Positions 38,650-50,146 of a stretch of DNA of 64,000 nucleotides are shown one piece after another. The first letter of the stretch is position 1. Every line of letters starts with the position of its first letter. This stretch comes from Haliotis cracherodii (taxonomy: Eukaryota), in assembly GCF_022045235.1 (NCBI RefSeq), contig NW_027266297.1, positions 53,816,001-53,880,000 on the forward strand, written 5' to 3'. A model generated the notes under the pieces. It made no database searches. It saw only the letters and a list, made by a program, of their open reading frames with translations, and was not told where the DNA came from. Position numbers and translations under genes: made by a program.

Positions 38650-40164
38650 TGCATGCACATTGCTATTTAAGTGCAATAATTAAACCTCATTTCACCTCAC
38701 CTCAACCTTGTTTCTTTACTGGCTAATATACACCTTTTTTGTTTGTTGACAATAGTGCACACATATTCCATGAACAGTTTGTTTACAAAAATAAAATATA
38801 TAGAATTGCCCCTGTCCAACTTTCAATAACATGTATGCTGAAAATCTAACAATTTTTAATTTTGTTGTGTCTAATGAATTATTGGCTCTGATAACCCACT
38901 GCTAATCCTGCAGATGTGGATCAATGATATTTTGATGGATCCTTGCAGTTGACATAGTTGATTGCAACAGTTGGGAGTAGATATGACTGTGGCAGAGATT
39001 GTGACATGTGTTTTGTTATTTCAGCTAATTAATCAGAATCAGGAGCGCTTTGTAGACATGTTAAATGAGCCACTAGACGATGAAGCAGCAGAGCCCCAGG
39101 GGGCTGGGGCAGGGAGTGGCCAGGGTTATATACACGTCACACCACAGGAAAAAGAGGCAATTGAAAGGGTAGGTTGTTGTTACCTAGTGGAGAATAGGTC
39201 CCCAGTGTCTTACCCTTGTCAACTCATTAGGAATGGGTTATCGTCTCTTGCATGATCACTCACTAAATAACTGACATTTGTTTGTGAAGATCCATGTTGG
39301 AGTACGTCTTCAGCTGCCCATGCTTGTCATAACAGGTGAATAATGTTCTGGTTCAGAATCGATTATTTACAGACTGCTGTCATATAGCTGGAAAATTGTT
39401 GAGTGCAGCATTAAACAAACTAACTTAGAATTCCAGTTCGCCACGATTATGTTTCTAGGCTTGTTAGCGCCATACCTGTGCTCGTGGGCTTCACCAAAGT
39501 GGTTAACGTCTGAGACCTGCATAACTTCAGGCTGGTATAACCCAACTCACTCACTTGACATCATTTTCAGTGTCATGTTCTGTTCTCCATTGTAATATAT
39601 CTTCAATGTATTATGATAAATACCCTGGACGCGTTCGTGACCATAGCTTCATTTCAGAAGTTACATCATTATCTCAATCTCTCCTATCTCTAACTTTGCA
39701 CACCAGTTTTTATTATCCTTGTTGTAGCTGACTGAAGTCTGACAAGAGGCTGGGTTGGTGGGGCTCAGTGACTAACTGAGCATCGTGCCTCAATATGGAG
39801 CGTTGTTCATGCTGTCAGTCACTGGTTTTAGACTGGTCAGTCACTCAGATATGTTAATAGGTCGCTGTGATATAACTGGAATATTGCTGACTGGCTTTTA
39901 AGCAATATTCACTCACTCACTTCCACCTTCCTATCAATACTCTGCCGTGATATTGCTGGAATATTGCTAAAAGCGGCGTAAAACCATGCTCACTCACTCC
40001 TGTCAATATTTGAATCCTGTTTTTTCTTCACTTCGCAGTTGAAAGCATTGGGATTCCCTGAAACATTGGTTGTTCAAGCATACTTTGCCTGTGACAAGAA
40101 TGAAGAGCTTGCTGCTAACTTTTTGTTAACCCAAACATTGGATGACGAAGAGCAACAAAGCTGA
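28055..40164 (+). CDS. RAD23: UV excision repair protein RAD23 homolog (UBL-UBA1-XPC-binding-UBA2); 9 coding exons, 1254 nt, 417 aa
   Basis: Hand-spliced CDS: join(28055-28120,31633-31711,33381-33460,33924-34126,34639-34870,36201-36393,37251-37381,39025-39168,40039-40164). All junctions are GT-AG with consistent phases. Motifs: [108 protein letters not shown]. Confidence 0.98.
29507..29586 (-). mobile_element. Penelope-like inverted terminal remnant with minimal hammerhead core
   Basis: 29-bp inverted repeat; minus strand CTGATGA-GACT..AGTT-GAAA-GCGCT-A followed by ATTAAA. Confidence 0.55.
31552..31608. repeat. (CTCA)n microsatellite, probably a SINE tail, just upstream of the RAD23 exon 2 acceptor
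   Basis: Directly visible; same unit as the SINE family A tails. Confidence 0.85.
31633..31711 (+). CDS. RAD23: RAD23 exon 2
   Basis: tacag|[26 protein letters not shown](G)|gtaag. Confidence 0.96.
31859..32467. mobile_element. Tc1/mariner (pogo/Tigger-like) MITE, 609 bp, in RAD23 intron 2
   Basis: TA|CAGTGGAATCTGTCCAATTCAGACT...AGTCTGATTTGGACAGATTCCACTG|TA. Confidence 0.92.
32569..32771. mobile_element. Small TIR element inserted into an old SINE
   Basis: CATGGATTTATCTAGG...CCTAGACAAATCCTTG termini; SINE family B sequence resumes after it. Confidence 0.6.
33381..33460 (+). CDS. RAD23: RAD23 exon 3
   Basis: ttcag|[26 protein letters not shown]|gtaag. Confidence 0.96.
33924..34126 (+). CDS. 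RAD23: RAD23 exon 4 (Pro/Ala/Thr linker)
   Basis: ttcag|[34 protein letters not shown]...KPEDKPA|gtgtgt. Confidence 0.92.
34639..34870 (+). CDS. RAD23: RAD23 exon 5 (UBA1)
   Basis: atcag|IPAATG...[48 protein letters not shown]|gtgagt. Confidence 0.95.
34805..35460 (+). repeat. ~91-bp tandem repeat, 7 units, spanning the RAD23 exon 5 donor
   Basis: GTGAGT donors at 34871, 34962, 35053, 35144, 35241, 35330, 35425. Confidence 0.97.
35537..35791 (-). mobile_element. SINE family B copy
   Basis: Reverse complement of family B with the duplicated core hairpin. Confidence 0.86.
36201..36393 (+). CDS. RAD23: RAD23 exon 6 (linker)
   Basis: tttag|[20 protein letters not shown]...PVGGN|gtaatg. Confidence 0.92.
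37251..37381 (+). CDS. RAD23: RAD23 exon 7 (XPC-binding domain)
   Basis: ttcag|(A)[43 protein letters not shown]|gtaagt. Confidence 0.96.
37689..37910 (+). mobile_element. SINE family B copy
   Basis: Core through tail ACAGACCGCCGTCATACAGCTGGAATATTGCTGAGTGCGGTGTTAAACAACAAACAAAC. Confidence 0.88.
38476..38703 (+). mobile_element. SINE family C copy, internally deleted, with expanded (CA)n
   Basis: GGTAGAGTGTCCGCCTGGAGAGCGGAAGGTCCGGAGTTCGATCCCCGGCCGCGTC; tail TTTCACCTCACCTC. Confidence 0.88.
39025..39168 (+). CDS. RAD23: RAD23 exon 8
   Basis: ttcag|[16 protein letters not shown]...[15 protein letters not shown]|gtaggt. Confidence 0.96.
40039..40164 (+). CDS. RAD23: RAD23 exon 9 (UBA2, terminal)
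   Basis: cgcag|[41 protein letters not shown]. Confidence 0.97.
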   Translation: MKALGFPETLVVQAYFACDKNEELAANFLLTQTLDDEEQQS

Positions 40165-41892
40165 TCATTTTAAACAAAGACGATTGGGATCATTTCCCCT
40201 ACAGTTATACACATGTAAAGAAAATCTTGGGACTTTAAAGGAAATCATAAGCCCTGTGGAAGATGGCGAAAGTGGTGCCCGTTTTCTTGCATGGATATAC
40301 TATCCATATTTTTGAGAAGGCGATGATTGTATGAAATGCTGACAGATTTTATGCCTGCCATGAAAATTAATGTGCATACCATAGTTGGTCTCGATATAAA
40401 CTCTCGCTCTATCCACCCATCGCAAATATGTACAAACTGATGGTGACATTTACTGATGGAGAAGTAAGTTGAAATTTGCACTAACCAAAGCCAAAGTCAC
40501 TTAGGTTGCTAAGCAACCAACATTTCAAGTGGTTAGTCACTGTTTCAACTACCAAGTCTAATCAGTCGGTGTAATGATGTTGCAGATTTTCATTACGATG
40601 TGGAGCAGTGTACACAGTATTTGATTCTCTGTCATTAAGTTTGATGTTCTTGCTAAGCATAACAAATTTTTACTCCAGGTATTTATGGCGCATAAATTCT
40701 TCACGTAACGAAATATTACGAAGCCACAATTTGCTGAAAGTATTTTGTGATTGTCTGCATACCTCAGGATTCGTGCTGCAGTTCACGCCAAGTCTTAGAC
40801 AGAAATTACACTGCTTTTTGATACTATGGATACTCAACAACTGATATAGCATAGGGTTTGTCTACAGCAGTCATCCATGCCTACTGCACTGTGACCTTCC
40901 ACTTCAATCAAACTCCTTGCACCACACTTGCCCTGTATGGAGCGACATCACGACTGCATCTGGATGATAGCGTAGACACTGATATGTTATGGACAAAATA
41001 TTGCTATAGTTGAAAATATTAAATTATGTACGGCAATTTTTTCTGGCGTTGCATATTTGTTTTCAATGGATACATTGTACAGGTATTTGAAAAATTCTTT
41101 TTTGAAATGACTTGGTAAATTCTTTACCAGTAGTTTCAATCTGCATGTACTGATCTACTCATTTTCATTCCTTTTGGAAATGGAATTGAGTTTGTTTGGG
41201 GGTTGACCTTCTCAATCAGATCAGTGGCAATCATAACATGTCAAGTAAGATTTCTGTAACTTTTCTTTCAATCGTTATAAGCCACAAACAGTAATCATTG
41301 ATGGCACAGTGCACTACCCCTGCATATACATTCAATTGTGTGCCTTGACAGTCAGTTTTGTCTGTATGCACATGTCCTTGAACACTGTTACAATCAGGGA
41401 ACCAGGCTTCCTCGTGTGGTATATCTTTTCACATATCAGTTAATTTATTTAAAAATGATAGCAGGCAGATATATTTGAGAAATACTTGTTGAAGCTGGTG
41501 AGAATGTTGATTGGTGTAACTACTAATAATCTGATGTCATGTTACATCAGTGAGCTTTGGGACAGGGTGTTACATAGTTGTTCTCTGGAGGTAAAAGGAT
41601 AAGGACATTTAAAACATGTTAGACATGCCTTTTCCTTTGGGTTGCATCACCAGGTAGCACTTGATTGACACGAGATCAGATTATTTCAGGGGAGAGCACT
41701 CTGTTGAAACTGATTGAAGAGTGGTCTTAGATTCAAGTAACTGTCAAAAATGACACATTGGTTAATATTATCCAATGGCTCTTGCATTCCATTTTTGGGA
41801 TTGATCATTAATTGATAAACATGAAACCTTGATCCTTTCGTATGTATTGTTTCTTTTTGTCATTAAATGATGAAAGGTGTGATTCTGATTCT

Positions 41893-41983
41893 AATAAAGC
41901 ATCCTGTTGTTGATGTCCATAGTACTCAAAGCCTTGAAAATTAGCAGATGCTAAAAAATCCCTGCTAAAATTTTATGAATAAA
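41893..41983 (+). terminator. Candidate RAD23 polyadenylation signals
   Basis: AATAAA at 41893-41898 and 41978-41983, followed by GT/T-rich sequence. The ~1.8 kb after the stop codon is free of recognisable repeats, consistent with a 3' UTR. Confidence 0.55.
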
Positions 41984-42486
41984 CTGTTTATTCAACTATG
42001 TAGTTGTGGATTTTATTTACATCTATTACAAATCAGAATCATTTCCTAGAGGAATACTTGTGCAGTATGAAAAGAGACATCTCAAATTACCTGAATCTTG
42101 AACCGTTTCATATGTTGAATTCAATACTCAACCTAAATCAAATACATTAACCTATCTATGTAGATATTTGGTTGTATAGCAAGTACATGTGGAGTCAGTT
42201 TAGATAGGTGGCTTAAATTTGCAAATAAATAATTTAATTTGAAAGTAAGGTTTGTTGGCACCATAGCCTGCCATGTTTTTTTTTTGGAAGAGGTGAAAGT
42301 CCAAGACTTGTTCTGGCTTTCCTTCCACACCATGCTGATACATAACTGAGACATTCTTTTCGAAGTGAGGTTAAGCCATATTCGCTTACAGCAATTATTA
42401 CAGTTTGCTCTAGAATACCACTTCCAAGGATGGCTGGGTACTTGCTTCACTCGTTTATTAATAGCTCATGCCTATGGTCAGTCAAG

Positions 42487-43850
42487 ATGTGGATGGCCAG
42501 GACAGTCCAAGCATCGTTGACGTGTGGATGGTCAGTACAGTCCAAGCATCTTTGACATGTGGATGGTCAGGACAGTCCAAGCATCGTTGACGTGTGGATG
42601 GTCAGTATAGTCCAAGCATCTTTGACATGTGGATGGTCAGGACAGTCCAAGCATCTTTGACATGTGGATGGTCAGGACATTCCAAGCATCTTTGACATGC
42701 GGATGGTCAGGACATTCCAAGCATCTTTGACATGTGGATGGTCCGAACATTCCAAGCATCTTTGACGTGTGGATGGTCAGGACATTCCAAGCATCTTTGA
42801 CGTGCGGATGGTCAGGACAGTCCAAGCATCTTTGACATGTGGATGGTCAGGACATTCCAAGCATCTTTGACATGAGGACGGTCAGGACATTCCAAGCATA
42901 TTTGACATGTGGATGGTCAGGACATTCCAAGCATCTTTGACATGTGGATGGTCAGGACATTCCAAGCATCTTTGACATGTTGATGGTCAGGACATTCCAA
43001 GCATCTTTGACATGCGGATGGTCAGGACATTCCAAGCATCTTTGACATGTGGATGGTCAGTACAGTCCAAGCATCTTTGACATGTGGATGGTCAGGACAG
43101 TCCAAGCATCTTTGACATGTGGATGTTCAGGACAGTCCAAGCATCTTTGACATGAGGATGGTCAGGACATTCCAAGCATCTTTGACGTGCGGATGGTCAG
43201 GACAGTCCAAGCATCTTTGACGTGTGGATGGTCAGGACATTCCAAGCATCTTTGACGTGTGGATGGTCAGGACATTCCAAGCATCTTTGACGTGCGGATG
43301 GTCAGGACATTCCAAGCATCTTTGACGTGTGGATGGTCCGGACATTCCAAGCATCTTTGACGTGTGGATGGTCAGGACATTCCAAGCATCTTTGACGTGC
43401 GGATGGTCAGGACAGTCCAAGCATCTTTGACATGAGGACGGTCAGGACATTCCAAGCATCTTTGACATGTGGATGGTCAGGACATTCCAAGCATCTTTGA
43501 CATGTGGATGGTCAGGACAGTCCAAGCATCGTTGACGTGTGGATGGTCTGGACATTCCAAGCATCTTTGACATGTTGATGGTCAGGACATTCCAAGCATC
43601 TTTGACATGTGGATGGTCAGGACAGTCCAAGCATCTTTGACATGTGGATGGTCAGGACATTCCAAGCATCTTTGACATGAGGATGGTCAGGACATTCCAA
43701 GCATCTTTGACGTGTGGATGGTCAGGACATTCCAAGCTTCTTTGACATGCGGATGGTCAGGACATTCCCAGCATCTTTGACATGTGGATGGTCAGGACAG
43801 TCCAAGCATCTTTGACGTGTGGATGGTCAGGACAGTCCAAGCATCCTTGA
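42487..43850. repeat. 35-bp minisatellite, ~39 copies, intergenic
   Basis: Unit CATGTGGATGGTCAGGACATTCCAAGCATCTTTGA. Confidence 0.98.
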
Positions 43851-44189
43851 TAAGCATTAAACATATTCAATATGTCAGGTTTCATGGAATCATCTGTATC
43901 AGATCATTCTCTTGTGGGGGCCTGGGTGGCGTAGTCGTTTAAATTGCCATGAATTCAGTATGTAGAGTTGCATCATTTTGGCGTGACAGAAACCTGACAG
44001 TGGGTTTTGATTCATGGTTCATGCTTATTATACAAGAGTCCATAAGAACTGAGTCTGACTTTGAAGGAATTGCCTTATTGTTAATTTTGTTGAAGACATT
44101 ACATGATGTTATGGAGGTATTGTGTATATCCACAAAATAAGTAAATTGTCAGTAAAATAAGCAGGGGTTTGTGGCCTTTGCAAAATGGA

Positions 44190-44580
44190 CAAAGTTATGG
44201 AACCTGCAATGACTAAGTACTTGCAGAAATAGGGCTTAACACCAATAGTCATCCATGAAGATATGAATGCAACACTGGGAAAGGATGCCCCTTCCTCTGC
44301 CATCATCAAGAGGGGGCAGCATATTTTAATCAACATCAGAAATGATCCGAAGAATACACGATATGGTGATCATATTATTAGCTTAGGGTGTGTTTCCCAT
44401 GAGAGAATGCATTCTATTATCACAGAAACATTGGTAATGAAGACCGTTTCAGCTCGTTGGGTTCCAACAGACATCGGAACAAAAAGGCACGTCTGGTGAA
44501 AAAAAGCTGTTTGAATCTAATCCAGAAAGGTTCTTGCGACGATTTGTGACTGGGTGAAACCTGGGTTCACCATTCCCAGC
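44190..44580 (+). mobile_element. Mariner transposase fragment (N-terminal half, pseudogenised)
   Basis: IHEDMNATLGKDAPS, MKTVSARWVP (WVP motif), FLRRFVTG-ETWVHH. Confidence 0.82.
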
Positions 44581-45733
44581 GACACAACTTGCTCAAATTG
44601 ATATCTAGGATATCATGTAATGTCGACAATAGAAGATTTTACTGTTACACAAATCCCTTTTGTGAGGCTTAGAACTTAGCAATCAACCCTCAAAAGTTTT
44701 GCAGCACCATACCCAAAGTCTTGGGATTGACCAAGTGATAAACATCGAAGACATGCATCACTTCGGGCTTTCCCCCAACGTTACACGCTGACACACTGGC
44801 ACACTGTGATATTATACTGCTCAAAAGCGCCGTTGAACTACTATCGCTCAAAGAATCACCTATGTCAGATCCTGTTTTGGTTTAGCAGCACAGCAGAAAC
44901 TAAGGACAGCATTGACCTGCCCCGCCTCAAGCGTCACAGCCCTGTTGTTTGAGAAAATGTGTATGGATCTCGTTGAGGATTTCCAGAAAATAAATTCTGT
45001 TTTCCACACTCGGGGCAGAACCAGGACGTCTTATGGCAACAGAAGAGCCGACAAATTGGAAGGTTGCAATGTATGACCTGGACTAGTGTGCCATAAACCT
45101 CCATGGCTTAGGGACCAACCATTTGGGATTTCCTCGAAGAAAATAACTTGTCCCTGAAAATTCTTGAAAAAAATCATTAAGCTTCAGACTGTTGGTACAA
45201 AGAAAAGAGAAAATGCCTGCCTAAAAATTACATTGTTGCATGTTTTTTTTTTTGTTTTTTTTTTAAAAATCAGGCTCAGAGTTTTAAGTTAAAAAAAATA
45301 TCTGGTTTTGTAGCTGTGTATGGCAGGAATATTGTTGACTTCAGCGAAATACTACATTTAATTTACAATACTTAGAGTTGTCAGGTTCTCTCTTAAACAA
45401 AGCATGGTAACAAATACTTTATTCTGCTTGTGAGTTCTTTAATGTAGCAATTCATTCTGGAACCAGATCTGTGAAGAGTAGACTAGAATCTGCTCAAATA
45501 TGATTTCACTGTGTGGATGGTGATCTTATAAAGTCCTATAGCACCTGACGGTTGACCGCTAGTGTTCTTCACATAGCCATAAATCAAACAGAAAAGAATA
45601 TCGATTTCAAAGACGTTATAACAAGAGTTATTTAACGTGTTTTAAATAAAAAAATATTCCAAAATGTACCAACATAACAACATGGCAGTCTTTGGGATCT
45701 AATGTCTCTAACGAACTCGATGAACCAGCGTGG

Positions 45734-46375
45734 TTATTCAGCATAGACAGCATATACTATCCCTGTGGCATGGATGTTGCCCTGGGTGATGTGCACCGTG
45801 GTATAATTGTCATATCTTTGGTCCCACAGACACCGAGACGAGAACTGCATACTCTGTGCACCTTTCTCTCCGATCATCACAAAACAGACGAACTTGAATC
45901 TCTTCATCTCCAGCTTCTTCACCTGTTCCAGGATCTTGTTGCTCAGCATCAGACTCTTGGTCTTCATGGCACCACACTCGTACACGTTCTCCGTGATGTG
46001 GTCCTTGAGAACTGCCTTGATGATCTGCTTCACGTCTCCCTCCTTGAACCGTATGTCCGGGTCCATCTTGTAGGTGTTCTCGTACATGATCATGGCGTGG
46101 TGGTGGTCGTCGGTGACCACGCTGTGGCGGTCGTGGTCCCTCAGATGTTTATCTCGGTTGCTGGCGATGGAGTGGGCGGTGTCCTTGCGGCCGAACGTCC
46201 CCGCCCTAGGCCTGCCCCCCGTCATGCCTGTCTGAACCGGGTTGATTGTAGCACCCCTGAGGGTCGGGTGTTTGTCCTTGGAATGGTGGTCCATGGAGTG
46301 GTGGTCTTTGGGGTGATGGTGGTCCTTGTCTGATTTGCCATGATGGCTGCGGTGTTCGGACTTGACCTCGCTCAT
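45734..46375 (-). CDS. Tctex-1 domain dynein light chain (TCTEX1D1/DYNLT5-like) with His-rich N-terminus, 213 aa, single coding exon
   Basis: C-terminal Tctex-1 signature YENTYKMDP..F....VKQII...RFKFVCFVMIGEKGAQSMQFSSRCLWDQRYDNY...ATGIVYAVYAE*. Acceptor ttgtttcag lies 12 nt upstream of the ATG (exon starts 46387), so an upstream exon exists. The exact paralogue cannot be assigned. Confidence 0.9.
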   Translation of the reverse strand: MSEVKSEHRSHHGKSDKDHHHPKDHHSMDHHSKDKHPTLRGATINPVQTGMTGGRPRAGTFGRKDTAHSIASNRDKHLRDHDRHSVVTDDHHHAMIMYENTYKMDPDIRFKEGDVKQIIKAVLKDHITENVYECGAMKTKSLMLSNKILEQVKKLEMKRFKFVCFVMIGEKGAQSMQFSSRCLWDQRYDNYTTVHITQGNIHATGIVYAVYAE

Positions 46376-47330
46376 CGTGTGTCGCCCCTGAAACAAAAGA
46401 TTGGATCTGTCAGAGGAGACCTGTATGATGTTTAAAGCTGATTATCTGACTATCTATTACCCTCTAATTTACAATTTCTGTTTCAGTTTTTTTTCTCCAT
46501 CTGTGGACTATTTTCATTTTAACAAAACGATATTTTTGTAAGCCTTTCGATGAAGATTGTATGAATATTTCTCAATTCCTTTGATATAGAAATCATTAAT
46601 AACGTCATTGATCGATTAAATCCAAGTACTTTTCAATTAAGGTAAGATAAATCTACAACATGTCAATTGCAACCATGCTATCACAATTTTCAAGCGAGGC
46701 TTCACTACAATGGGCAACGTGCCCAGAGATCGACGTTGGTGCTGACAGCTATCTTCAATGAATGACTACAGGGCAGAAACTAACCCGGTTAGGGCTATCA
46801 ATGTCGGGAGTATTGACACAGGTAACCGACATGTCGGCAGATAGTGCTACAAGCCTAGTTGATCAAGGCTCCAGTCTTTTATCTGACAGAATCAATGCAG
46901 GGACTTGATCGTTTTCGTGGCGTTCATTTTGTTTGGACCCGCGTTACAATAGGTCCCTAGGGCTCTTATTTCCATTCGTACGCTATGACTCAATTGGTTC
47001 GTGTTTATTGTGTAACATCGCACTCCGACGGCGCGGGGCTTTGCTCATAACGTTCCCCACTGGGCCGCCCCAATGGTTTCCATGGCGCCGTTATATAGCT
47101 GCAAACAGTCGAGAAACAGTATGAAGTCAATCATAGGAGGTTGAGCTATAGGTGGGGGTGGGTCAGTGAGAGTCAGGAGAGGGACACCACTAAACAACAG
47201 TCTCTAGTTGTGGACCAAAAAACCTAATACATTTATTTTGGGAGGGTCGTGGACGTTAAATAATAAAACATCCAATGCTTTTGCATTTTGTATGTTCAGG
47301 GAAGGTCACGAACTAAAATGTACAAGGACA

Positions 47331-47771
47331 TGGGGAGGGTTGTCCCAAAATATGACAAGCATTAGGGGAGGATTGTCCAAAAATATGACAAGCATTAGGG
47401 GAGGATTGTCCAAAAATATGACAAGCATTAGGGGAGGGTTATCCAAAAATATGACAAGCATTAGTGGAGGGTTATCCAAAAATATGACAAGCATTAGGGG
47501 AGGGTTGTCCAAAAATATGACAAGCATTAGGGGAGGGTTATCCAAAAATATGACAAGCATTAGGGGAGGGTTATCCAAAAATATGACAAGCATTAGGGGA
47601 GGGTTATCCAAAAATATGACAAGCATTAGGGGAGGGTTATCCAAAAATATGACAAGCATTAGGGGAGGGTTATCCAAAAATATGACAAGCATTAGGGGAG
47701 GGTTATCCAAAAATATGACAAGCATTAGGGGAGGGTTATCCAAAAATATGACAAGCATTAGGGGAGGGTTA
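47331..47771. repeat. 33-bp minisatellite, ~13 copies
   Basis: Unit GGGGAGGGTTATCCAAAAATATGACAAGCATTA; accounts for ORFs 47208..47780 and 47306..47758. Confidence 0.97.
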
Positions 47772-48528
47772 TTATTTTGAGTTCATTGGAGCATTAGCCC
47801 CCCTGACGCCACCCCTACAACCTACAACGTGTCCCCACGCCGTGGGGTCGTCCTGTCAGAACTCTGTATCGCTTTTTGGAAGGGGCAGGGAACGGATGGG
47901 TGATAGTGTGAAGGCCCATCAACGACGTCGGGAAGGAATAGATATATACATCCGTGGTGGGTGTGGGGTGACCCCAACCTGAAGGACTGTCCAAATTCAG
48001 CCGCCATTGTATCCATACGATCCCCATACCAACTTTTCACGAACATCTTTATTACTTGGTAGACCTATTCTCTCCCGGATCCCCGAGTAGAGTTAGACGA
48101 GAGACACGTTAATATTTCAGTTTGATATGACATAGTGATGTCAAATACATACCAGAATAACCCACAAATATTTACAAAAAGCGATCAATAAATACTGTAT
48201 GATTCGAGAGACACGGGTATGTTAATCCGATAATCCATGTGGCAACTACGGCAATATCACACACAAACCATCATGGATCACGGCTTGAAATCAAATTTCA
48301 GAAGTGTCTTATTGATTTGTTTGTCCTTGTGGCAGGTGGTATGTATTTATGGACTAACCGATCCTTTGATAATCCGGACGTTGACAAGTCGGACCCCCTG
48401 ACACTCCCAGCTATCATAGCACCGAGGTCAGGCACGTCAACAGGGGCAGCTGGTGCTCCACAACGCCTCAACACCGTCTCAACAACGTCTCTGTTAGTTT
48501 TGTGTGTGTATGTTTTTGTTTTTCTTTA

Positions 48529-49075
48529 CGCGCGCGCGCGCGTGAGTGTGTGTGTTGGGGGGTTAGGTTGTGAGGTGTGGATGTGGTTGTGGGGTGTGGA
48601 TGTGGGTATGGGATATCGGGTGTGGGGTGTGGCTGTGGAGTGTGGGTGTTAGATGTAGGTGTGGGGTGTGGATGTGGGGTGTGGGATGTAGGATGTGGCT
48701 TTGGGTGTTGGTATGGGATGTGGGATGTGTGTATGGGATATCGGGTGTGGGGTGTGGATGTGGGGTGTAGGTGTGGTTGTGGGGTGGTGGGTGTGGGATA
48801 TGGATGTGGGGAAATGGTCTGGGTGTCGGTGTGAGTGTGGGGTATGGGATGTGGTTGTGGGGAGTGGTTGTGGGTGTGGGGAGTGGGTGTGGGTGTGGGT
48901 GTGGGTGTGAGTATGGGGTATGGCATGTGGTTGTGGGGTGTCAGTGTGAGTTGTGGGTGTGACGCTGGGGTGTTGGTGTGGGATGTGGGTGTGGGATGTG
49001 GTTTGTGGGATGTGGTTGTGGGGTGTGGGTGTGGGGTATGGCTGTGGGGAGTGGGTGTGGGTTTGGGGATGGGCA
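48529..49075. repeat. (CG)n tract followed by GT-rich low-complexity repeat
   Basis: ACGCGCGCGCGCGT followed by ~520 bp of degenerate GTGGGT/GTGGGGT/GTGGAT units. Confidence 0.92.
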
Positions 49076-49904
49076 TGCCTCTCTACTTACCTAAAATGAT
49101 TAGTGATACGTATATCTTAAATCCACATAACGGCACCTGTTCAATGTTGAGTCCGTGCAGGTGGAGTGTGAAATCTGTCATCACGTTGTGCATCTAACCA
49201 TGAAACCAACAAACTTTGAGATCAACTCAGTGTTACACAGTTTGTATAACATGTTTTCTTCAAGCATGTCTTCATATCAGGACACCATGACACTGTCCTA
49301 CACAGGGCAGTTCAGTTTTCATGAATCGGTCAAGACGCCGGATTAAACAAAGGCTGGAGTGTTGATGGAAATAAACACGTTTATGGTGAAATAGATCACT
49401 TTGATATGTGTATGAATGCTTTGAGAAGCTCTTTGTTGACTGCGGCTGGAATTCTATTGACAACTTAACGTACCGTGATATAGACCACTGCGGAATTCTT
49501 ACACCGTAAAATACGATTTGATGTGATATTAAGTGTCCGGCGGTTATGTTTAGAGGGGGCTGAACAACCTATAACGAATCTTCACACTACATTAATAGGG
49601 CCGAATGTCAGCCTTAACAGACATATGTTATTAAACGTGTGGATTGTCTAGCTGAATTCGTGTGATTAATGCATGGAATCGGATTTGTATGCATGGCAAC
49701 ATCGTATATTCACGCATTCATGTTTTGGTCACGTTCGTACAGAGCATGCATGTTGTTCTCATCATAAAGGCATGGATTACGAAATTTGTTTGTTTGTTTG
49801 TTGTTTAACGCCGCACTCAGCAATATTCCAGCTGTATGACGGCGGTCTGTGTAGAACATGAAGAAAGGTCCCCTGGTGCTTCTATGAAGAGATGCATCGG
49901 GAGG

Positions 49905-50146
49905 TTTTGTTTGTTGTTTCATGCCGCACTCAGCAATATTCCAGCTATATGACGGCGGTCTGTAAATAATCAAGTCTGGACCAGACAATCCAGTGATTGA
50001 CATCATAAGTATCGATCCACGCAATTGGAATAAATGCATAAACGAAGTTAGCGAGCCTGACCACCCGATCCCGTTAGTCGCCTCTTATAACAAGCATAGT
50101 CGACTTTTACGGTAAGCATTGGTTGCTATATCGGGATCTTCACGGG
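49905..50146 (-). mobile_element. SINE family B copy (second tail copy at 49785-49852)
   Basis: Reverse complement of the family B consensus, including the duplicated core hairpin. Confidence 0.88.

Noticed and set aside
42637-43630. Repeating CPDHPHVKDAWNV ORFs
   Set aside because: Minus-strand translations of the 35-bp minisatellite.
45692-46333. 213-aa plus-strand ORF
   Set aside because: Antisense shadow of the Tctex-1 CDS.
47076-47089. RFX X-box-like GTTTCCATGGCGCC upstream of the Tctex gene
   Set aside because: The second half-site is a poor match and the transcription start is unknown.
47208-47780. ORFs with (GGLSKNMTSIR)n and antisense (MLVIFLDNPPL)n
   Set aside because: A 33-bp unit divisible by three keeps frames open on both strands; there is no splice or codon evidence.
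48468-49197. Pro/His/Thr-rich and Gly/Val/Cys/Trp-rich ORFs
   Set aside because: Translations of GT-rich low-complexity DNA.
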